IMG/VR virus record: IMGVR_UViG_2537561935_000012
DNA from: a virus
Lineage: Duplodnaviria > Heunggongvirae > Uroviricota > Caudoviricetes
Reading direction: 5' to 3' (one strand)
DNA: 64,000 nucleotides
Positions 1 through 10,392 of this stretch are shown here, piece after piece. Below the pieces are notes generated by a model, which ran no database searches, was not told the origin of the DNA, and saw nothing but the letters and a program-made list of their open reading frames with translations. Position numbers and translations under genes: made by a program. Position 1 is the first letter of the stretch. Each line of letters opens with the position of its first letter.

Positions 1-470
1 CTGTAGCGTTCCCATGCTTCCAGTCGGCTGTGGTCCTCATCCGTTGCCATATTCAGCCTTACTGCACGCTCTAGTAGTTGAATGACTGATTCAGCATCAG
101 CAAGAAGTCTGGCTTTCTGATTTTCTACCTGCTGCTGTAATTCCTCTTCCGTATAAATACGTTTAATAACTGCGCCATCCTTAAACATCCAGTTACCAGA
201 AATGTCGGCACGTCGGTTAGCAGTAATATCCGGCACTTCAACAACACTTAATCCATCCGGTCTGATAGCTGTTACATCCTTTTCCACATAGCGGATGATG
301 TTATCTTTGTCATACGCTAATTTTATCGTGTCATCCTGGAAGTTCTTTTGTTCCTCATACCAGTTTTTACCGTCTTCTGTAAAAAACCAGATGACATCAA
401 AATGTTTCGTCAGCTGGTATTGCTCAACTGTTTTTGGATTACCCGCTGTTATATTGATCAAATGCTGCAT
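1..470 (-). CDS. Tail-fibre assembly protein (U/U'-like), 3'-truncated by window edge
   Basis: Minus-strand ORF from ATG at 470-468 running off the window start. Translated N-terminus [40 protein letters not shown] matches the conserved N-terminus of Mu/P1/lambda tail-fibre assembly proteins. Absent from ORF track because it has no stop in the window. Confidence 0.6.
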   Translation of the reverse strand, partial: MQHLINITAGNPKTVEQYQLTKHFDVIWFFTEDGKNWYEEQKNFQDDTIKLAYDKDNIIRYVEKDVTAIRPDGLSVVEVPDITANRRADISGNWMFKDGAVIKRIYTEEELQQQVENQKARLLADAESVIQLLERAVRLNMATDEDHSRLEAWERY

Positions 471-474
471 AAAT

Positions 475-2328
475 TTAAACCTGTGCCACGTTATACCATG
501 TTCCATTAATCTGTTTCTGAACCGGCCTGTAATATACACCTCCAATATTATCGGCAGAATTCGAGCCGATATCCTGGACTATAATGCCAGTATAAACGCA
601 GCCTGATGGTGCCTGATGCGTCCATGTCGAGGTGTTATTTGCTGGTTTATATGTAGATGCTCCACCAAGTCGCATGTCTCTTACATAACGAGAATCAAAG
701 TTACCGTAATCCGAGGGGTTAACACGCCCTGTAATATTTATGGTTTTATTACTTTGAATGCTGCCGGAGACAAAGCGCATAACATGAACGTTATTAGCAT
801 AAACGTCCAGATTACCGTCGCCATTTTGTTTAAATCCCGTGTCATTATCACCCAAAACAATCGAGTTACCGCCAAGAGCACTGGATGTTCCGATACCCAA
901 TGCACCATTCAATTGACCGCCAGATAATGACAATGCCCCAACCTCAGCAGCAGTCGGTTTAATGTGCGAACTGTAAATTACATATACAGTTCCATCTGTC
1001 AGGCCTGTTGGTTTATTCGCTGTATAAGTTGGTGATGTATGAATTTGTACAGTTGCATCCTTTGTATAATCCCACTGGATATTAACACCTGTGGCGTAAT
1101 TACCTATTTCTACATAAATGTCATAGGTATCACCGGATGTATTCACCCATGCAAAATTAGTAAATCCAACCGAGGTCCGTCGCCATAATGCACCAGTAAT
1201 ACCTTTTGGATTTCCATTTCCTGCACGCAGAACCAGCTCAGAGATGCCTGCTTGCTGCGGGGAGCCAACGTTATACCCTGCGCCACCAATCAGGTTTATG
1301 TAAACCACGGAACTGGCTTGTGGCATTGTTACAGTTGCCAGCTTGAACCATCCAGCACCACCACTAAAAGACATTGTTGTGGAGTTGATCGTGCCTATAG
1401 ACCGTGGGTTAAGTTCAATATCTTTAGAACCATCAAACGAGACGCCGTTGATAGTACATGCTGTCTGCAACTTGGTCGCTGTCGCTGCATTACCGGTAGT
1501 GTCTTGATTACCTTTTGTATTCACACCAGGCAAATCTATATCGGCTGAACCATCAAAGGATACACCACCTATGTTTATTGAACTTGCTAATTTCGTTGCT
1601 GTTGCTGCATTTCCTGAAAGGCTTGAAACAAACTGATGTGAGCAGTAATAACCACGTCCATTTTTAAAATCCAGAATGGTTTGAGTATTTGTACTTTCTG
1701 CTACTGGATCTGTGGCCCCCCACTTATAGGTGGCTTGACCAACGGTATAGTCAGTAGTTGGAACAATTACGTTCAAGCCCTCCTCAGCAAATATCTTGAT
1801 AGGAAATGCTCTGGCTTCAACGTAAAATACACTACACAAATCGTCATCTTTCACACTTGAAATAATCGAGTGTATAGCTCGCTCAGCAGTAGAATATATT
1901 GAGAAAAAACCAGCCGCATATGAACCGCGATCAGACCAACCGCCAGGCATAACAAACCCATTAAATTCACAATTATTCATGGCGTATCCGCCAGCTGAGG
2001 AATAAGTAGTTATCACAACTCGTGAGGCTAATTCATCGGTACTGCCTCCAGATCGGCGAAAGACTATAGGATACCACTTACCGCTTACTGCATTTGCAGG
2101 CGCTGAAAAAGTGTATTTTCGCATCCCTTTTTTATTGTCTATTTCGCTTTTGCTGTAAACGTCCAGATCTTTAGGAGTCAACGTAATGTCAGCCGAACCA
2201 TCGAACCTGACGCCATTAATGTTTATGGCTGTTTTCAATTTCGTCGCGGTGTCGGCGTTCCCTGTCAGTGCCCCGGTGATCCCGCCGTTGAAAGTCTGGC
2301 GCGCACTCCATGTGTTAGCCGTGCTCAA
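475..2328 (-). CDS. Tail-fibre variable C-terminal segment (Sv'-like), apparently lacking its own initiation codon
   Basis: 617-aa ORF with repeated NG(V)xFDGSxDIxL fibre motifs and Gly/Thr/Ser-rich beta-rich composition. Track start is a TTG immediately after the cix-like site; consistent with a segment expressed only after inversion fuses it to a constant fibre N-terminus outside the window. Confidence 0.7.
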   Translation of the reverse strand: MSTANTWSARQTFNGGITGALTGNADTATKLKTAININGVRFDGSADITLTPKDLDVYSKSEIDNKKGMRKYTFSAPANAVSGKWYPIVFRRSGGSTDELASRVVITTYSSAGGYAMNNCEFNGFVMPGGWSDRGSYAAGFFSIYSTAERAIHSIISSVKDDDLCSVFYVEARAFPIKIFAEEGLNVIVPTTDYTVGQATYKWGATDPVAESTNTQTILDFKNGRGYYCSHQFVSSLSGNAATATKLASSINIGGVSFDGSADIDLPGVNTKGNQDTTGNAATATKLQTACTINGVSFDGSKDIELNPRSIGTINSTTMSFSGGAGWFKLATVTMPQASSVVYINLIGGAGYNVGSPQQAGISELVLRAGNGNPKGITGALWRRTSVGFTNFAWVNTSGDTYDIYVEIGNYATGVNIQWDYTKDATVQIHTSPTYTANKPTGLTDGTVYVIYSSHIKPTAAEVGALSLSGGQLNGALGIGTSSALGGNSIVLGDNDTGFKQNGDGNLDVYANNVHVMRFVSGSIQSNKTINITGRVNPSDYGNFDSRYVRDMRLGGASTYKPANNTSTWTHQAPSGCVYTGIIVQDIGSNSADNIGGVYYRPVQKQINGTWYNVAQV

Positions 2329-2357
2329 CAGGGGGATCTTTTCACCGCTGGTACCGA

Positions 2358-2387
2358 GTTCTCTTAAACCAAGGTTTAGGATTGAAA
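2358..2387. promoter_or_regulatory. cix-like crossover site for the Cin invertase
   Basis: Sequence TTCTCTTAAACCAAGGTTTAGGATTGAAAT with the AAACCAAGGTTT core typical of hix/gix/cix sites, overlapping the 3' end of cin and abutting the variable fibre ORF. Confidence 0.5.
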
Positions 2388-2936
2388 TGATGACGCCGGA
2401 AACTTCTTATAAAGAGTGGAAACAGCCACATCATAGATGATTGCAACCTGCTTACGGGGGATGCCCTTCTCCAGCAATCGCCGCATTTGCTGCCATGTTT
2501 CTTCCTGGTATTTAGGCCGACGCCCACCTATTCGACCTTCTGCGCGAGCTGCATCAAGTCCAGCTCGTGTACGTTCAACAATAAGTTCACGTTCCATTTC
2601 TGCCAGCGCCCCCATTACGTGAAAGAAAAAGCGCCCCATTGGTGTACTGGTGTCGATGGAGTCAGTGAGACTCCGGAAGTTAATGCCTCTGTCACGCAGC
2701 TCTTCCACCAGCACAACTAAGTGACGCATGCTGCGCCCAAGACGGTCTAACTTCCATACGACCAGGGGATCACCTCTGGAAAGCATACGGAGTACCTTTT
2801 TTAACCCAGGGCGCTCAGCCTTTTTGCCGCTCGCCTTGTCCTCAAAAATTAGCTCACATCCTGCGCTTTCAAGAGCGTTTCGTTGTAAAGCAGTGTTTTG
2901 TTCATTTGTTGATACGCGTACATAGCCAATTAGCAT
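2376..2936 (-). CDS. cin: Serine-recombinase DNA invertase (Cin/Gin/Hin family)
   Basis: 186 aa; N-terminal MLIGYVRVSTNEQ with catalytic serine at position 10, resolvase domain and C-terminal HTH; ATG start; sits next to tail-fibre variable segment. Confidence 0.9.
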   Translation of the reverse strand: MLIGYVRVSTNEQNTALQRNALESAGCELIFEDKASGKKAERPGLKKVLRMLSRGDPLVVWKLDRLGRSMRHLVVLVEELRDRGINFRSLTDSIDTSTPMGRFFFHVMGALAEMERELIVERTRAGLDAARAEGRIGGRRPKYQEETWQQMRRLLEKGIPRKQVAIIYDVAVSTLYKKFPASSFQS

Positions 2937-2994
2937 ATTTTCTGCTCACCATAGTTATTCATAGCAAGCTGCGGATTTTAATTAACAGAAACCA

Positions 2995-3345
2995 GTGTGT
3001 GTGGAAATCACAAAGTGCATACCGTGCCCCAATGATGTTTTATTGAAAAGCGGGGTTACTTTAATGTTTGATTTAACCATATTTTTTATAACCATCCTTG
3101 GCGGAGTGCATTCGTTTCTGAATGGGGTTCGTGAAAAACGTTACGAAGCGTCATGCAGGCAATTGATGGCCGAGTGTATTGCTGCCGTACTTGCAGGCTT
3201 TATTGGCATGTATTTCGCGGAATATAAGGGCATGGATGAAAGTCTTCAGAATTGCGTGACTATTATTTGCAGCATCAATAACAGGCTCATTCTTGAAAAG
3301 TTACAAAGGATTATCGATTCGTACCTCAATAGAAATGCCTCTTAA
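2995..3345 (+). CDS. Small membrane protein, holin-like (two predicted TM helices)
   Basis: ORF with hydrophobic stretches FDLTIFFITILGGV and CIAAVLAGFIGMYFA upstream of the lysis genes; start codon uncertain. Confidence 0.35.
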   Translation: MCVEITKCIPCPNDVLLKSGVTLMFDLTIFFITILGGVHSFLNGVREKRYEASCRQLMAECIAAVLAGFIGMYFAEYKGMDESLQNCVTIICSINNRLILEKLQRIIDSYLNRNAS

Positions 3346-3412
3346 GCAACAAATGACCGGTTGAGAAGTTACTTTGCATACCATTACCTCCTGACAACGT
3401 AGGAGGGAACTT

Positions 3413-3742
3413 GTGCTTGACACACAGGAATTAGCTCCAGTTGCTATTGCGCTCCTGCTTTCAGTAATTGGTGGGATAGGCACGTTCCTGATGGATGTCC
3501 GAGACGGTCGCCAGTCTGGCAATTTGTTGGGATTGGTTACGGAGATCTTTGTTGCAGTGACAGCTGGCGCGGTGGCGTACCTATTGGGGCAACACGAGGG
3601 CTGGGAGTTATCAATTACGTACTTAATGGTAACGATAGCCAGCAATAACGGTCATGAGGTGATTTCAGGGATGAAACGAGTGAATATCGATAGCATTCTG
3701 AATGTTCTTACAAGTTTGGTGAAAAAGGGAGGCGGGAAATGA
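3413..3742 (+). CDS. lydA: Holin (LydA-like)
   Basis: 109 aa, multiple TM segments, first gene of the late operon ahead of darA; size and position match P1 LydA. Confidence 0.55.
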   Translation: MLDTQELAPVAIALLLSVIGGIGTFLMDVRDGRQSGNLLGLVTEIFVAVTAGAVAYLLGQHEGWELSITYLMVTIASNNGHEVISGMKRVNIDSILNVLTSLVKKGGGK

Positions 3743-4182
3743 TTGGCTGGGGTGTATGCGTTCTTGCGTTAGCCTTAGCCGATCGCTATTTGCTAAAACG
3801 CAAGGACATCACGCATTTAGAACTTGGTGATGTGGAAATTAAACCGGGTTTCATCCGGGTGCCGTTCAAGTACCGGTCTAAATTCCCGTTTTTGCGCGGC
3901 GCAACGGTCAGATATTGGATCCGCGATGTTCAGAAGCCGACGACAGTGATTGAAGGTGAACAACGTTGTCTGACGTCGGCTGAACAGGGCGAAAACAGTG
4001 AATGGTTGTACATACCCACTGAATATATGGGTAAAGGAGAGCGACTGTGGCATTTCAACGTCATGGTTACGCATGGCGACTCGTTCATTAACCCGTTGTA
4101 TCGGATTTTCCCTGTTACTCAGCAAATCCGCAGAAGTTACGTAATAAATCTCGCACAGGATGTGTCAGATGACGAAAAATAA
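3739..4182 (+). CDS. lydB: Antiholin-like lysis regulator (LydB-like)
   Basis: 147 aa, N-terminal TM segment, overlaps lydA stop by 4 nt; synteny with P1 lydB. Confidence 0.5.
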   Translation: MIGWGVCVLALALADRYLLKRKDITHLELGDVEIKPGFIRVPFKYRSKFPFLRGATVRYWIRDVQKPTTVIEGEQRCLTSAEQGENSEWLYIPTEYMGKGERLWHFNVMVTHGDSFINPLYRIFPVTQQIRRSYVINLAQDVSDDEK

Positions 4183-4771
4183 GTATGCAACGGTCGATTT
4201 TGACCAGGTTAATGAAAAGGGGCTGAAATCCCTTATCGCGGCGATCAATAAAACCGGTGTTACGGTAATTGAGGTTGACTCCAGCAACCGCGCAACAACG
4301 AAAGATGGCGTTAAAGTTAAAACCGCAAAGCTGGTTCTTAACGACGGACAAATTCTTGCCATACAGGTAAACGATACTGGCGATATATCGTCTGTGAAAC
4401 TGAATGGAAAAGCTATTCCTAACGCTCAGTCGCCGGATATCAAGACGCTTGGTACCGTCATGGGACAGGCGGCCCGCAAAAACTCCGCAAAATTCCAGAA
4501 ATCACTGATCGCCAAAGCGAAGCGTGTTGCCAATCCGGTAGACAAGAAACCGGCAGTTAAATCCAACTTTCAGCGCCTGCAAGAAGCAAAACAGCGGAAT
4601 GCTCAGGTGGTTGCCGCTTATAAGTCCGCGCAGAATTCGGTGTCTTTCAATCAACAGCAGATCACTGATTTGCGGGCGAAGCTGGATAAGGAGACGGGCC
4701 GACTCAATAACGAAAAGGCACGGAATGGCGAACTCAAACGTCGTCTTAAGCAACTGAAAGCAGGAAATTAA
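4160..4771 (+). CDS. hdf: Hdf-like protein of the darA operon (coiled-coil C-terminus)
   Basis: 203 aa, immediately upstream of darA; assignment by synteny and size. Confidence 0.5.
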   Translation: MCQMTKNKYATVDFDQVNEKGLKSLIAAINKTGVTVIEVDSSNRATTKDGVKVKTAKLVLNDGQILAIQVNDTGDISSVKLNGKAIPNAQSPDIKTLGTVMGQAARKNSAKFQKSLIAKAKRVANPVDKKPAVKSNFQRLQEAKQRNAQVVAAYKSAQNSVSFNQQQITDLRAKLDKETGRLNNEKARNGELKRRLKQLKAGN

Positions 4772-4772
4772 C

Positions 4773-6692
4773 ATGGAACAGTTAAATATCAATAAAGGGG
4801 TGACGATCAAGCCTGGGCTTGACGTGCTTCCCCCGCCAGTGACTGATGATGAATATCGCGCATTAATGGCCGGTGAGGACCGCTATCTGATGACGGAATC
4901 CAACACCCTGGAGGAAATCGAGGCTACGTTCTTCTATGACACGCCGATCCACTGGTGTGCTACGGATTTACTGGAGGCGATTAGTTCTACTCGTTTGCAG
5001 TTACACCGGACCATGCAGGCATTTGTCCGGGCATTGAACCAGAAGCTGAATGGTACCGGAATCTCTGCGGGGAGTGATAAAACGGGGGAGGTGGCCCAGA
5101 GCGGCGCGCGCGCGATCGGCGGTGCTGAAATTGGCCGGGCACGTAACGTTAACGGGCTGCCGGTCCTGCCAGCCATTATTCCGCTCAGTGATGGTCAGAC
5201 TATCAGCATTCTGTTTCATAGCCCGACAGCGGAAAACCGGATCACCAATAGCGATACGCTGGTTGCTTTCCAGTTCTTACTGAATAAAAAAGACGTTACT
5301 CACACCGTTGCTCCGATGAGTGGACGTGATATGACGCTGGCGCAGGTCACCATGAAACTTGCCAACCTTGCAGAGAAAAACTCGGCAAAATTCCAGCGTG
5401 CGCAGAAGAAGAAAAAAGCCCTGGTTGATGAAATAACCCAACTACAGGCTGACAGTGACCAGAAAGAGGATGCCATGAGCGACCTCGCGGATCAGGTGGC
5501 AGCGGTAGAAGGGCAGAAGGTAGATCTGGAGCAGAAAATTAACGCTGTTGCATCGGAAGCGGATTCTCTTTATGAAGAGAATGAGCGTTTGCAGACGGAG
5601 ATTGATCAGCTCAATCGCACAGGTGGGCGCGATACCATTGATCCAGCGGGGATGACTGGTGGGCACTCGCGCGCGCTGACGGATCGCCTTGCCAGTATCA
5701 AAAATCGTATGCATATGAACGGGGAAGTGACGCTCAGTAATGGAGCATCAATGAAGCAATTCATTGAGGACGGCGAAGGGGATATCCAGTTAACCGATTC
5801 GGATGGCAGCGTGTACATGATCAAGGCTAAATCCATACAGGGTGTGGACATGGCAGATGCGATCGGCAAGCTGTTTAAAGCCTATAAAGCGGGTAATGTA
5901 TCGGAATATCTGGTCCAACCAGAAGAACATAAACCGGAAAACGTCGAACCTGAACCAGCGGAGGATACCGGTAGCTCTTCGCCTGAACCAGAAGTCTCTG
6001 TAGGTGCATATCGATATGCCTTGCAAATGCGTCCGGCGGCCCCTGGCGCAATACCTGAAGGTAACAAAGCAATTCTGCCGCGCCCTGATGAAGGTGACCC
6101 GTATTATGAATATGCACGCTACGGCATTGCTACTTACGATACCCCGCTTTCTGATCAGCAAATGAGTGAGTACGACCTGAAGTTATTGCCTCGCGAGGAT
6201 TCTTTCGACTTCCTGGCGAAGACACTTACTAATGGTCCGTTTGGCAAATATGCACAAAAAGCTCTGGATCTGGCCACCAGCTCACCAGACGAGTTCCGCG
6301 TAATGCTGAAAACTCAGTTTCAAAAAACTTTCCCCAATATTGCGTTTCCGGGGGGCGCTGGCACCGAGAAAATGGTGCAGAGCATGATCAATGCATTGCA
6401 GGCCGAAGTCGGTGAGATTACTCAGCCAGAACCTGCCCCGGCACAGCCTGATGAAACGGTTAGCGAAGCAGATGCAGAGGCTAATAAAGCCATTGAATAT
6501 CTCAATAACGTGATGGATATGCAAAGCACTGACATGGCGGAGATCCGTAACGCCCGGGGTAATGTCCGGGAAGCGATTGCAGCCCTTCAGGCTGCCGGGC
6601 GTTTTGAGGAAAACGAAGAGCTGGTTAATGGCGCTGCTCGCCACCTGGCTGATCTGCTGGTAGCAATCCAGAAAGCGGGGGTAGCGGCATGA
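4773..6692 (+). CDS. darA: Defence-against-restriction internal head protein DarA
   Basis: 639 aa, same length as P1 DarA, placed between hdf and ddrA in the late operon; central coiled-coil. Confidence 0.75.
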   Translation: MEQLNINKGVTIKPGLDVLPPPVTDDEYRALMAGEDRYLMTESNTLEEIEATFFYDTPIHWCATDLLEAISSTRLQLHRTMQAFVRALNQKLNGTGISAGSDKTGEVAQSGARAIGGAEIGRARNVNGLPVLPAIIPLSDGQTISILFHSPTAENRITNSDTLVAFQFLLNKKDVTHTVAPMSGRDMTLAQVTMKLANLAEKNSAKFQRAQKKKKALVDEITQLQADSDQKEDAMSDLADQVAAVEGQKVDLEQKINAVASEADSLYEENERLQTEIDQLNRTGGRDTIDPAGMTGGHSRALTDRLASIKNRMHMNGEVTLSNGASMKQFIEDGEGDIQLTDSDGSVYMIKAKSIQGVDMADAIGKLFKAYKAGNVSEYLVQPEEHKPENVEPEPAEDTGSSSPEPEVSVGAYRYALQMRPAAPGAIPEGNKAILPRPDEGDPYYEYARYGIATYDTPLSDQQMSEYDLKLLPREDSFDFLAKTLTNGPFGKYAQKALDLATSSPDEFRVMLKTQFQKTFPNIAFPGGAGTEKMVQSMINALQAEVGEITQPEPAPAQPDETVSEADAEANKAIEYLNNVMDMQSTDMAEIRNARGNVREAIAALQAAGRFEENEELVNGAARHLADLLVAIQKAGVAA

Positions 6693-7054
6693 CACTATCA
6701 GCTATTGAGTTAATGGATCTCAGCGATAAGTTGGATGCTCTGATGTCCAAAGCGGCTACCGCGAGGGGCATGGAGTTGCTGGATATCAGCGATGAAATTG
6801 ACCAGATCATGCAACAGATGGGGTACGGTGTGTCCGGCGGCAGTAGTGGCGAGGAAAAACAACCTGCGGTACATGATGGTGTGCCAAAACTGGTTGCTGA
6901 TTTCCTGGCTGATAAATTCGTCGATCAGAGCACCGATGCATTTATCGGTACCTTGCAGGATTTGAGTCAATATGTTGGCACATACATCGACCTGGACCAG
7001 GTTAAACAGCACACGGCGGCATGGATAGCCGCCAACATTAAAGAGGCAGCATAA
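6689..7054 (+). CDS. ddrA: DdrA-like dar-operon protein
   Basis: 121 aa, overlaps darA stop; synteny. Confidence 0.55.
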   Translation: MTLSAIELMDLSDKLDALMSKAATARGMELLDISDEIDQIMQQMGYGVSGGSSGEEKQPAVHDGVPKLVADFLADKFVDQSTDAFIGTLQDLSQYVGTYIDLDQVKQHTAAWIAANIKEAA

Positions 7055-7066
7055 GGCGTAACAGGG

Positions 7067-10054
7067 ATGAGCTTAAGCGATCAGGTGGGGATGGCCACCA
7101 GCATAGAAACGCTGATCGAGCTGCTAAAAAACCTGCCCGATTACGGGCGGGTTTCGTATGTGGTGACAGCGAAGGGAGACGAGGTAAAAACAGCGTTTGA
7201 TATCGTCGATGCCTCAGCTCTTTTGGTATCCAATACTCTGGACGGGAAAATTAATCCGGACTATCCCCAGGAACTTCAGCCGCGCGACCGGACCCGCGCA
7301 TCCAGTATTCTTCAGGTTAACCAGATATCCAAGGATTTGCGGCCTGCTCAGCTTACCGACTCCGGTTTATCCAGCCATGGAGCGCCGATAATTGGTGAGG
7401 ACAATGCCGTTGAGTCAGGTAATGGACGAACCATGGGGATCATTAAAGCCTATCAGGACGGCAATGCGGATCGGTATCGGGAGTACCTGATTGAACATGC
7501 GAGCGAATTCGGCATACGTCCTGAAAAGGTTGAATCAATGACGGCTCCGGTACTGGTGCGCCGCCGGTTAACTAAGGTTGACCGCGTTCAGTTTGCCAAA
7601 GACTCAAATATTTCTGATCTTCAGGAAATGGCAGCCAGTGAAAAGGCTTTTGTTGATGCCGACAGCATAACACCGGCGATGATGGCGCTTTTTAACCCGT
7701 CAGAAAGCGGAGATCTGCTTAGCCGCAGTAATGACGCGTTTATTCGCGGATTTATGACGCAAGTTGGTGCCACACAGGCGGCTGGACTTGTAACTGAAGA
7801 TGGGCGACCAACACGGCAACTTGTTGACCGGATACAAAACGCGATCTTTGCCAAGGCATATAAGGATGCGCGCCTGGTAAGAATGGTTGCAGAAGAACCT
7901 GATCCGGATATGCGTAATGTTCTGACGGCGCTTAATGCGGCGGCCAATGATTTTGTCCAGATGCAGGCTTTATCAGGAGAAGCGCACAAGCAGGCTGTGA
8001 CAACTATCGTTGATAGCATTGAAACAGCGGATAGCCTCGATAAAAAGGCGCTGGCTGCATTGAAAGATGCGGGAGACCTGGTAAGGCAATCGAAGGAGTC
8101 AGGCCAACATATTACCGATGTTATTGCTCAGGGGGATATGTTCAGCGAAACAGCCCCGGAAGTGAAAGCACTCGCGTTGTTTATCGTCGCGAATAACCGT
8201 AGCGCGAAGCGTATGGCCACCGCCTTTAAGTTGATGGCACAACGTATCAATGATGAGTTACAGCACCAGGGCCAGGCGCTCGGGGATATGTTTGGCGGCG
8301 GTGATGTGTCGTTACAGGATATCCTTCGCCAGGTGTCTCAGGAACTGGAATACGAAGGCATGCAAGGGATATCCGGCGGTCTTTTCGAGTCCGTTTCCGG
8401 CGGTAGTTACAACGGTGTTGCTCCGTATACCAGTTTGCTATTACATCGGGCATCCGGCATCAAAGACATTATTCATCTGATCAGGCTGCTTTCCCGCACA
8501 GATCCCCAGGATGAACAGCTTGTACAAGTGCTTGCGCATTTTGTTCGAATGCCTGTTGCCGACGTAAAAAAATGGTGCCGATTATTCGGTATCAGCAATT
8601 CGTTACTTCGCGGATTGTTAAATCACGCATCCTCCCTTGGGCGCGACGGCTTTGATGAGATAGCGCAGGCGATAAAAAACGGAGATATGCCACCAGCTAT
8701 TGACTGGTTTTCCATTCGCCCAACCAGGGTGAAAGCATTCCTTAGCGCGGCGCATTCGGCATCACCATTGGCAGAAATGGTTCAGAGGTTGTCGCTCATA
8801 TTCACAGACCATACCGCGTTGGGTGATCTGACTCTGGACGAGATGAAAGAAGCCTCCATTCAGTGGGCCGATCAACAAAATGAGGTTAACTCTGACTTCT
8901 TGCCAGTATTCAGGAAGGCCGTTAGTAAAGCTGATGATGCCCGTGGAATTCTGAAGGCATTTAAGGCATTGCAAAGTCAGGTTAATAAACATGTCGGTGA
9001 TATCGATGGGGTAACGGCGGAAGGCAGGGATATCCTTAAAGAGCACGGCATAACGCCAGAGTTTATTGATGAGATCAGGACTGATATGCAGCGTGAGGTC
9101 GTATCGTCCCTGCAAATCGTAGCCATAGCGTTGGCGGATGCTAATCCGAAGTGTGCGGCCATTGTTAACCGGGTTATTGGTGATATTGAAGCATCGGAGG
9201 GCATGGGGGCGCTGAAACTCTTCCTTTCGCGAGCGTTTAATCCTAACGGCAATATTCTCCCTGGCATTATTGGTGAGGCTAAAAAGTATGTCAGTGAAGA
9301 AGAACTTGAGCAGCTTGACCAACTACTTAAGCGATTCTCATATAACCCGCAGACACGCTGGCAAATGAATCAGCGAAGTATGGGTTCGGTCCACGAGAAA
9401 GTGTTATCTGCCATGAACAGTGCGATCGCCAACTCATCCGTATCTGAAGAAAAAGCTCTTGAGTGGGCCGACTCTTTTATCACGGAAGAAGTGGAAGAAG
9501 CCCGCGCTGGACAGAATGGTGGGATAGACCTGCGCAAGGAACTTGCTGATATTTATCGCCTGACCGGCGGTAAAATTTCGACCTTATCAAAGGTGGTTCA
9601 CCACCAGGGAAGGGCATATGCAAATCTTAATGGTGTTGTTGCTGTCAATTTGAACGATGAAAATGCAAGTGCACTGTGGCACGAGCTGGGTCATCATCTT
9701 GAGTACAGTAACCCTGGTTTGTTAGAGAAAGCCCGGTCATTCCTGAAGGCCAATGTTGAAGGGGATAAACCATCTTTCGTTAATATCGGTGGGCGTGGCA
9801 AGCCTGAATGGTGCTTCAGATCTCGATTGAGTAATATTTATATGGCGAAGGTATCCCCGCCAGCCTCAGTAAGTAACACCGGGAAAATTCGGCAGAAATC
9901 CCCGACTATTTCCAAAACGTCAGCAACGGAAGTATTCTCTATGGCTCTTCAGTTGTATCATGACAAAGAGGCCGCTGCCGCATCACTGATGAATGGTGAC
10001 GGATTGCTGGAACTGTTATTAGGTGTGGCAAAGGAGCTAAATAATGCAGATTAA
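7067..10054 (+). CDS. ddrB: DdrB-like large dar-operon protein
   Basis: 995 aa, follows ddrA; synteny and size. Confidence 0.6.
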   Translation: MSLSDQVGMATSIETLIELLKNLPDYGRVSYVVTAKGDEVKTAFDIVDASALLVSNTLDGKINPDYPQELQPRDRTRASSILQVNQISKDLRPAQLTDSGLSSHGAPIIGEDNAVESGNGRTMGIIKAYQDGNADRYREYLIEHASEFGIRPEKVESMTAPVLVRRRLTKVDRVQFAKDSNISDLQEMAASEKAFVDADSITPAMMALFNPSESGDLLSRSNDAFIRGFMTQVGATQAAGLVTEDGRPTRQLVDRIQNAIFAKAYKDARLVRMVAEEPDPDMRNVLTALNAAANDFVQMQALSGEAHKQAVTTIVDSIETADSLDKKALAALKDAGDLVRQSKESGQHITDVIAQGDMFSETAPEVKALALFIVANNRSAKRMATAFKLMAQRINDELQHQGQALGDMFGGGDVSLQDILRQVSQELEYEGMQGISGGLFESVSGGSYNGVAPYTSLLLHRASGIKDIIHLIRLLSRTDPQDEQLVQVLAHFVRMPVADVKKWCRLFGISNSLLRGLLNHASSLGRDGFDEIAQAIKNGDMPPAIDWFSIRPTRVKAFLSAAHSASPLAEMVQRLSLIFTDHTALGDLTLDEMKEASIQWADQQNEVNSDFLPVFRKAVSKADDARGILKAFKALQSQVNKHVGDIDGVTAEGRDILKEHGITPEFIDEIRTDMQREVVSSLQIVAIALADANPKCAAIVNRVIGDIEASEGMGALKLFLSRAFNPNGNILPGIIGEAKKYVSEEELEQLDQLLKRFSYNPQTRWQMNQRSMGSVHEKVLSAMNSAIANSSVSEEKALEWADSFITEEVEEARAGQNGGIDLRKELADIYRLTGGKISTLSKVVHHQGRAYANLNGVVAVNLNDENASALWHELGHHLEYSNPGLLEKARSFLKANVEGDKPSFVNIGGRGKPEWCFRSRLSNIYMAKVSPPASVSNTGKIRQKSPTISKTSATEVFSMALQLYHDKEAAAASLMNGDGLLELLLGVAKELNNAD

Positions 10055-10361
10055 AATCGCAGCGCCATTAGGCGGAGATGCCATTATCGAATTTGATGAT
10101 AATGAAGAAGTTTCCGGGCGTTTAAGCATTATCTCCGGTGACATTACCGAGGACATGATCGCTGAAGCCATAGCTGGGGCAAATCCCAATAGCTATATGG
10201 GATTCGTTAACACCCTTGATGCTCCCGCAAGTGATGTTCTCCGAACGCTGCATCTTTACGCTGGCTGGTTTGTTGATTGGCCAGCAGTAGAGGGTGGCGA
10301 TGAGGACGACGACGATGACGACGATGATTTTGGGGATCATGTAGACCAGATCGTATATTGA
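10044..10361 (+). CDS. iddB: IddB-like small acidic protein (poly-Asp tail)
   Basis: 105 aa with C-terminal DEDDDDDDDD run; last gene of operon before terminator. Confidence 0.45.
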   Translation: MQIKIAAPLGGDAIIEFDDNEEVSGRLSIISGDITEDMIAEAIAGANPNSYMGFVNTLDAPASDVLRTLHLYAGWFVDWPAVEGGDEDDDDDDDDFGDHVDQIVY

Positions 10362-10363
10362 AG

Positions 10364-10392
10364 AAATCCCGCCAATCGGCGGGATTTTTTTT
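10364..10392. terminator. Bidirectional rho-independent terminator
   Basis: Hairpin AAATCCCGCC-AATC-GGCGGGATTT followed by T-run, between convergent iddB (+) and hxr (-). Confidence 0.65.

Noticed and set aside
295-1548. Plus-strand track ORFs 295-606, 616-927 and 1252-1548
   Set aside because: They lie antisense within the long tail-fibre and U'-like coding regions, have no RBS or motifs, and are typical shadow ORFs.
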